64,000 nucleotides of DNA from contig OX597835.1 of NCBI GenBank assembly GCA_951406725.2, forward strand, positions 8,928,001-8,992,000, in the 5' to 3' direction. The translations under genes and the position numbers were made by a program. Below are positions 56,567 through 64,000 of this stretch, in pieces. The notes under the pieces are model-generated. The model did no database searches, had not been told where the DNA came from, and saw only the letters and a list, made by a program, of their open reading frames with translations. Origin of the DNA: Octopus vulgaris (Eukaryota). Numbering within the stretch: the first letter of the stretch is position 1; every line of letters starts with the position of its first letter.

Positions 56567-56720
56567 GGCATAAGGCCTGAAATTTGTGGGTGGATTACGT
56601 CGATCCCAGTGAATACTAGTACTTATATCACCGACCCGAAAGAATGAAAGGCAAAGTCAATCTCGACGAATTTTGATCTCAAAACTTACGAAATGCTAAC
56701 AATTCTTCTTACTCGCTGTC
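56567..56720 (-). mobile_element. SINE family C remnant (tail type 2)
   Basis: GGCATAAGGCCTGAAATTT..GACCCGAAAGAATGAAAGGCAAAGTC. Confidence 0.65.
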
Positions 56721-57945
56721 TTACTTTTGTATAAATCATACATACTCAAGTTTGATATAATGATATGTGTACACATGATGATGTGTTAATTTAATAATGA
56801 TGATTTCTTTATTAATCTGTACTCATAGTGACACAGATTTTTCGTGTAGTATGTAAATAATCTCTATGATTATATGTGTTAAATGTGAAACACAGCCTAA
56901 AGCTTCGTACAAACTTAGATCTGATGCTATATGGAATTCTATCGTTTCTAAGAGGATATTTCTAAAGTGTTCCACCCAACTCGTGAACCATAGCAAAATA
57001 ATGCAGGTGTATTCTATTGATAATTGCATGAAGAAATTTATCATTTTGCTTCAAGCAGAAAGCACATGCGCTAAAATATATGAAAATTATTATCACACAT
57101 CTAACCATGATTCAGAAGTGTTGTATGATAGCCGTGGTTAGGGCAACTAGTCCTCTACATCTGAAATGCTCTCTTTCTAAGGTTACAATGTATGTAGAAT
57201 AAATGGCCTCTGAATGTATTAATAACATTGTGAATGTCACTCGTGTTACTTTAACTTGCAATTCTAACTTGAACCGATGTTGGCGAAATGTATGAGAGTT
57301 AAAGGCGAGATCTTTATTCTGGAATACCGATCTCTCTTTCAATTAATCGGCATTGAATAAGGACCTCATAAATCGGTTTGATCCCAAAAGGAAGATAAAG
57401 TTGCAATGAAAATTTTCATTGTTAGATCGGACTTTACGTCTTGACAAATGTTCTTTATATGTAGCTTGTACAAAAGCTGCTCATTTGAGCAAATGCTCTC
57501 CAAGCAAATACAATTCAGCGGGAGTACAAGGATGGGGGACCAGAAACAAAGTCAATGCTTTTCACAAGGACAACACTAGCATTTTGTTTAGTTAAATGGA
57601 ATTTCTATCGAAATGTGTATCATTTATCTTTGACATGATCTAATCATACAACTGCGGTCCGAGTACGATGCAGTCTTGGACGGCCTCGTCGGACAAATCA
57701 TGTCCAAAACTATTTTTCAGACTTGTTCTAGTTTACAGTGAAATAAACGAACTCACAACGTTTGTCAAGAGATAGTGACAGCGAACACACACACGGGCTT
57801 ATATATAAGAATGCCTGAACGTGAACAAACGAACACAACCACACACACACACACACAAATACTATTGTATGACTGAGCGCCCTCGCGTCGATTCGATTCG
57901 ATTCGTTCCGTTTCGTTTCGTTTCTTCTTCTTCTCTAAGCTGGGT

Positions 57946-58035
<90 letters not shown>

Positions 58036-58039
<4 letters not shown>

Positions 58040-58195
58040 GATGGACGGACCTCTTTCTGTTTCCGTGCCTACCGAATCCACTCATCAGGTTTTGCTCTAG
58101 AGAAGAAAATAATACATACCTAAAGTGCCATGCAGTCGGACTGAAGCCGATCCATGTCGATGGGGAGCAAAATTGGTTACCTCACAGCTAAACCT
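58036..58195 (-). mobile_element. SINE family B 5' half, diverged
   Basis: TTTCTGTTTCCGTGCCTACCGAATCCACTCA..GTGCCATGCAGTCGGACTGAA. Confidence 0.6.
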
Positions 58196-58212
58196 ACGTA
58201 ATTCTCTACCCA

Positions 58213-58530
58213 GCTAGAGAATTACTCCAATGAACTTCCATACCACATCAAAAGAGAATTCGTAAGAGATGTGCAATAATACAATTCGGAGAATAATACT
58301 TTTCCGTATTTAATGATGACTTCTATCGACAAGAATCGGGGACTGCGATGGGCACGCGAATGGTCCCCTCCTTTGCTAACCTAATCATGGAGTACCTAGA
58401 AATCCTTCTCCGTGTACATAGAAAATAACAGGAAAGCTATCTACATGACTGTTTCACTCTTTAGCACAAAAGTATAGAGAGACTTAAGGAATTTCAAGCA
58501 CTTCTGAATGGATTTGACATTTATATAATA
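58213..58530 (+). mobile_element. Penelope-like reverse transcriptase fragment
   Basis: ENNTF/FNDDFYRQESGTAMGTRMVPSFANLIMEYLE..YLHDCF, matching Penelope GxAMG..AP.xANL and decayed YxDD motifs. Confidence 0.85.
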
Positions 58531-59950
58531 ATAGAAGGAACTTATATATATATCTGTATACATACATACACACACACACACAAATTATCACCGCTCCGGT
58601 CCCATAATTCTAAGTTATTCCTACCCTGAAAGTTCATTATGTATATCCTGCATTACTCATAGCTTTTCTGCAGTCAACTTCTTGTTATTTCCATCAAAAG
58701 AATTGTGTAGCAGTGTGCTTAATCCGTCAAATATAAGTATATAAATATGATAATAGATATCATTTACGCCATGAGGAAATATCGAATCGATGATCATTAA
58801 GTAATATCTGTTGTATTCCTTTCGACATAACTGCCACATTTTTCAATCGTCACATCCGTCATCCTTAATGTTCCCTTTTCCCGATTGCAACCTAAAAGTT
58901 ATTTATTTTTATCTATTTACGAATCGGCCTCTTTTTTCCAAACAATCCGCTCTTTAAAGTAAGCATATGATAAATATTTTCTGTTCGATATAAACAGTGT
59001 GAGGTGTAGCTGAAATATTGACTATTATTTTGCCTTTCATCTTTCATGGTTCGGACTTGGAACGACTTCTTAAGAAAAAGGAATATATGTATACAGTGAA
59101 TAAACGTATAACATGGTTTTAATTTTCCTTTCTTTCTCATAGTTTTTCTTTGACATCCTTAACATAGGTAGCGATACTGGACGTCGATGTAACTAAAGCC
59201 AACTAGCAGGAAGAATATATAATTATGAACATCGCTAATTAGACGAAAGAGACGACAGTGTGCAGACATCCATTTATCGTAATTCTTAAGACAAAAAATG
59301 AATGACATTAATTAGTCCATGCAAAGTATTAATTAGTTCTGTGTACCTCTACCCCTACATATTATTTATGGGAAAATTTAGTTCAATATACATCCGCAAC
59401 TCTGTTTGGGAAAATGATAAATTCGAAATATTTATACTGTTTCGTTTATATTTCCTACCACCAGGAAGAAAAATTCTTTTGATCTGAATAGTAGAGTAAA
59501 ACAAAAATACTTGTACAAATCTGATTTAGCGATACAAGTTTTAAATAGGAGAGAACTCAGTCTTTGTATAAGTCAAATCTAAATTTGAAACATCAATCAA
59601 GACAAGATTTACATAAATGCGCCAACGGATTTACATAATCACTATCGAGTTTACAAAGTTGATTGAATAATGTAGAGTCGAAAAGTGTCCTGCATATTTA
59701 CAATTTTCACACGTTGAATTAAAGAAATTTGTGATAGGAGAAAATGTAGCTAAACGTATTCTAGAGATAAGTAATAAGTCGTTTGGCTCTAGGTCAGAAA
59801 CCGGCTCTTTCTCTATTCGTATAAAATCTTGCAAAAAAAAAATAATAGTATGATATATTTCTTAAAAAGATGCATGCGTATAATTTTTCAGGATTTTTTT
59901 CAGTTGCATTGAGTGAGTGTCATTTCATAATGACGTACATTACCTTATCG

Positions 59951-60331
59951 TGGAGGCGCAATGGCCCAGTGGTTAGGGCAGCGGACTCGCGGTCATAGGA
60001 TCGCGGTTTCGATTCCCAGACCGGGCGTTGTGAGTGTTTATTGAGCGAAAACACCTAAAGCTCCACGAGGCTCCGGCTGGGATGGTGGTGATCCCTGCTG
60101 TACTCTTTCACCACAACTTTCTCTCACTCGTACTTCCTGTTTCTGTTGTACCTGTATTTCAAAGGGCCGGCCTTGTCACTCTCTGTGTCACGCTGAATAT
60201 CCCCGAGAACTACGTTAAGGGTACACGTGTCTGTGGAGTACTCAGCCACTTACACGTTAATTTCACGAGCAGGCTGTTCCGTTGATTCGGATCAACCGGA
60301 CCCTCGTCGTCGTAACCGACGGAGTGCTTCC
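59951..60331 (+). mobile_element. SINE family A, full length
   Basis: Family A sequence; TSD ACATTACCTTATC. Confidence 0.93.
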
Positions 60332-60639
60332 CTAAAACATTACCTTATCCATTGATAGACAAATTGCGAGGCAAACCTCCCAGGAAAGAGTCTCAGGTGA
60401 CCCGTTATCAGAGTGGAGAACTGTTACTAGTAAACGTTGAAGTTAGTCTGATTTTTATCGTTTGTATTTCTCCTTAGATCTCGTTTATATCCAGTATTGA
60501 TGTTGTTTATACAAAACGTTCCATCGGTAATGTGATATGCACTGTCTTGGAATAGATTAAAATGCCTTAATATTCAAATAAAAGTATCTTTATTGCAAAA
60601 TTTCAAATTCAGTTTTACATTACGTTTCGTTTAATCATT

Positions 60640-61330
60640 GTCAAGAATCTTCTCATCTTACAATCCATGTTCTCCATGTTGTACATGTTATACATGTTGT
60701 TCAGTCCATGTTATCCATGTTTTAATCCATGATTTTCTCTCGTCAACAAAAGAATTAAAACAAGCGCATTTTACTAAAACCTTCAACTACATAAGACAAA
60801 CATGTATTACTACAGGCGGAATATTTGAATATGATTTTTGTTCAAACAAAACATTACTTCAGACGAATCTTTAGAAATCCATTTCTGTTTCTGTGCACAG
60901 GGGGTTGGTTTCCAATAAATATGGAAATAGATGTTTCCTTAAGTGCATTTCACTCTTTTTCCCCGCTACTTGTACTTCTCCACATCGCCTTCTCTGTAAG
61001 TTTCTCGCGTTCATTTCTTTGTATTCTGAATAGGCTGCGGCCTTTCCTTTTGAATATTCTTCTCTAATTATTAGCTTTCTTCCCTGCACTGTACGCATTG
61101 GAATTTTGGTAGAAAATACAAAGACCTTTGTCGATGCCATTCCACAAAACTTTGCAACCGCCTTATTAGCCCAAACTCAACATAAGACTTTTCGGTTGTG
61201 GATAATGAGAGGAATTATAAATAGTTTTGTTCTCCTTTCCGTCAAACTAAATGATAGAACACCTATCAAACTAACCCCTTTGAGAAAGTTATATTGAAGG
61301 CATCATCAATAATCCCAGATTTCAAGCGGA
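60640..61330 (-). mobile_element. Possible decayed Penelope-like C-terminal region
   Basis: Minus translation across frameshifts: NYL*FLS..HNRK, ISIFIGNQ, IIFKYSACSNTCLSYV (GIY-YIG-like). Confidence 0.45.
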
Positions 61331-62965
61331 TGCACTTTTAGAGCTGACAAAATTGTGAAGACATTTAGCTCAGTAAAATAGGTTACGATGTATTTCTGCC
61401 TTATCTTTTGTTTTAGTTTTAAATTCTATTTTGGAAAGCTTTAATTTTTCTATCAACAGAGGCAGCAGACAAATGCATTCTAACCTTTTACAATATTTAA
61501 ATAGCTTGAAAGTTCCGCATGTTTGTTAATCACCATACCCAACTATAATTCATAAATTGAACTCTGATAATTCATTTATTATACAAACTCTAGACTTTTT
61601 CATGATTAAACATTATTCTTTCTTTGATGTGACATTAATACGTTGTAACGCGGAGGTCATTTTTAATGTTTTATCATTTGAAATCTGAATTTCAATAGCT
61701 TTTCCTCTTAATACTGGATTCATTAGAATACATTACTTTGAATACATAATTTATTAGCGTTATTTTATTGCAGTAAATTAATTGTGTTGTCGTTCGATCA
61801 AATTGTTGCGCATCTTTTATTTGCACATTATAACGTACTTGCTACAGCTGTATATGTCTTACATTTATTTTACTTGTAATTAATGTATACAATGAGGGCC
61901 TCAACAAGAGCTTACACCACCAGAATGTCGTTTAAAATATTAAAAATACATAAAACTAGAAATCACCATAGCGACCATGAAGAAAATATGTAACTTGGCT
62001 TTCGTCATTATTAATGATTAGTCTTGTGTTCCTGTGGTAGAGACATGTTTCACTCCAGCTGTGCAGATAATAGTATTATGTTGATATTTGGAGTAGAATA
62101 TCATACAATAAGCTCCCGAAGTTCCTGTTATATCTACAGATATCAAAGTGTTTGCTTTCACAGCGTTGTTATTTCAAGTTCAGTATTGTCGTACGTTCGA
62201 TATTTCATATGAGGTTCAGCAACTATTTTCTGTTTCACCAGTTGGTTATAAATTCCAATTATTTTACATGAAGTAGCTTTGCAGTGGTTCACTATTTTTT
62301 TAAAGTAAGAAGCGGATTGACATTTTTAAGATCTAACTTATACCTAAGATCTAAATTATTAAGATCTGAAATTTGTAAGATCTAAAGGATCTGCTAAGGA
62401 GTTATATGAATAATCTGAAGTTTCCGTACTTTAATGCGGTTAAATGGCGAATGTTTAGGGTTGTTATTAAGATAGTATATAATTCCATTTATCAGTTTGA
62501 TGTTGGAACTTAATCATAGAATTAAATATGATGAGAGCTATTCCTAGAACTACACAATATGTTCTATAGATGAAAGGGCGAGATATTTCATATGATCCTT
62601 GAAAGGAGATTCTTCTTTCAACTTACCATTAGATGCTAATAATTCTAATTTGATGATGAACGGACTTTTACCGATTAGTAACGTCTGTGGACCTTGACAT
62701 ATTTAGATCCATTCAATCCTTTCTCAGAGCTAATTTTTATTACTACATCAAGAGGCTGACTAATAGTATTAAAATGTCTTAGTCATATTCTCAGATCTTA
62801 AATTAGTTTTGTAGACTAATTTCTGTTTAGTTATTAATGGAAAACATTTGAAGGATACCATATATTGTGTATTGTTGACTTCAAAATAGCTGCAGAGTGA
62901 GGGCATTTGATGCAAGCATGTCTGACGACGTGATTACATTGATTTACTTTTTACTTGTATTTTAT

Positions 62966-63348
62966 TGGAGGCGCAATGGCCCGGTGGTTAGGGCAGCGGA
63001 CTCGCGGTCGTAGGATCGCGGTTTCGATTCCCAGACCGGGCATTGTGAGTGTTTATTGAGCGAAAACACCTAAAGCTCCACTAGGCTCCGGCAGGGATGG
63101 TGGTGATCCCTGCTGTACTCTTTCACCACAACTTTCTCTCACTCTTACTTCCTGTTTCTGTTGTACCTGTATTTCCAAGGGCCGGCCTTGTCACTCTCTG
63201 TGTCATGCTGAATATCCCCGAGAACTACGTTAAGGGTACACGTGTCTGTGGAGTGCTCAGCCACTTACACGTTAATTTCACGAGCAGGCTGTTCCGTTGA
63301 TTCGGATCAACCGGAACCCTCATCGTCGTAACCGACGGAGTGCTTCCA
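62966..63348 (+). mobile_element. SINE family A, full length
   Basis: Family A sequence; TSD ACTTGTATTTTAT. Confidence 0.93.
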
Positions 63349-63499
63349 CTTGTATTTTATATCAGTTTTCCAAACTTTATTGGATGCAATACCTGCAATT
63401 ACATTTTAATCCACTAAATAATCAGGATGACTATGTTTGCCAACGTGGCCAGGTGATGAATGGATAGATATTTCTCAAACATGTATCTAGTTTTCCTAA

Positions 63500-63619
<120 letters not shown>

Positions 63620-63849
63620 ATTTCTTTTGAATGAAACAGTTCTAGTCCTGTAGAAGGTCCTTCTATAAAATAAATTAATTTACTCTGCTATGTATTGAGT
63701 ACCTTATTTACTGTGGTTAACCCCGACTCAACCCGTGACCTACATATATATATATATATATATATATATGAAGAGAGAGAGAGACAGAGAGACAGAGAGA
63801 CAGAGAGAGAAATACCGCAAAGGACTTCGCCCGGCGTGCTGCCGTTTCT

Positions 63850-64000
63850 TCCATCACACGTTGCTCCAGTCCACTCAGCTGGCAGAAAATGCGAAGTAAC
63901 TGTATTTCAAAGAGCTGGCATTGTCTCACTTTGCGCCACGCCGAATCTCCCTGAGAACTACTTTGAGGGTACACGTGTGCAGTCACTTACACGTTAATTT
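63850..64000 (+). mobile_element. Diverged D-core/A-tail SINE, cut by window end
   Basis: CACGTTGCTCCAGTCCACTCAGCTGG followed by TGTATTTCAAAG..GAGAACTAC..GGGTACACGTG. Confidence 0.75.

Overview
AT-rich, repeat-dense eukaryotic DNA. The SINE set and the very long (TA)n/(CATA)n tracts look like an octopus or other coleoid cephalopod genome (inference, not searched). I can support no intact host protein-coding gene; nearly all listed ORFs are microsatellite or SINE read-through artefacts. The window holds at least five tRNA-headed SINE families (working names A-E, about 30 copies, many with visible target-site duplications), four non-autonomous Helitrons, and decayed fragments of Penelope-like, R4/Dong-like, HERO-like, CR1-like, Gypsy-like and Tc1 elements. 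The best lead is a tRNA-headed SINE (35698-36007, minus strand) whose 3' part carries a minimal Penelope-type hammerhead ribozyme and whose 5' end has a short inverted copy. Several fold-back structures anchored in (TA)n and multiple Penelope RT/GIY-YIG relics lie in the same window. Other leads are modular SINE domain swapping, a SINE/CR1 shared tail, an RT-deleted R4/Dong element, a locally templated SINE duplication and a strand bias of the young SINE family.
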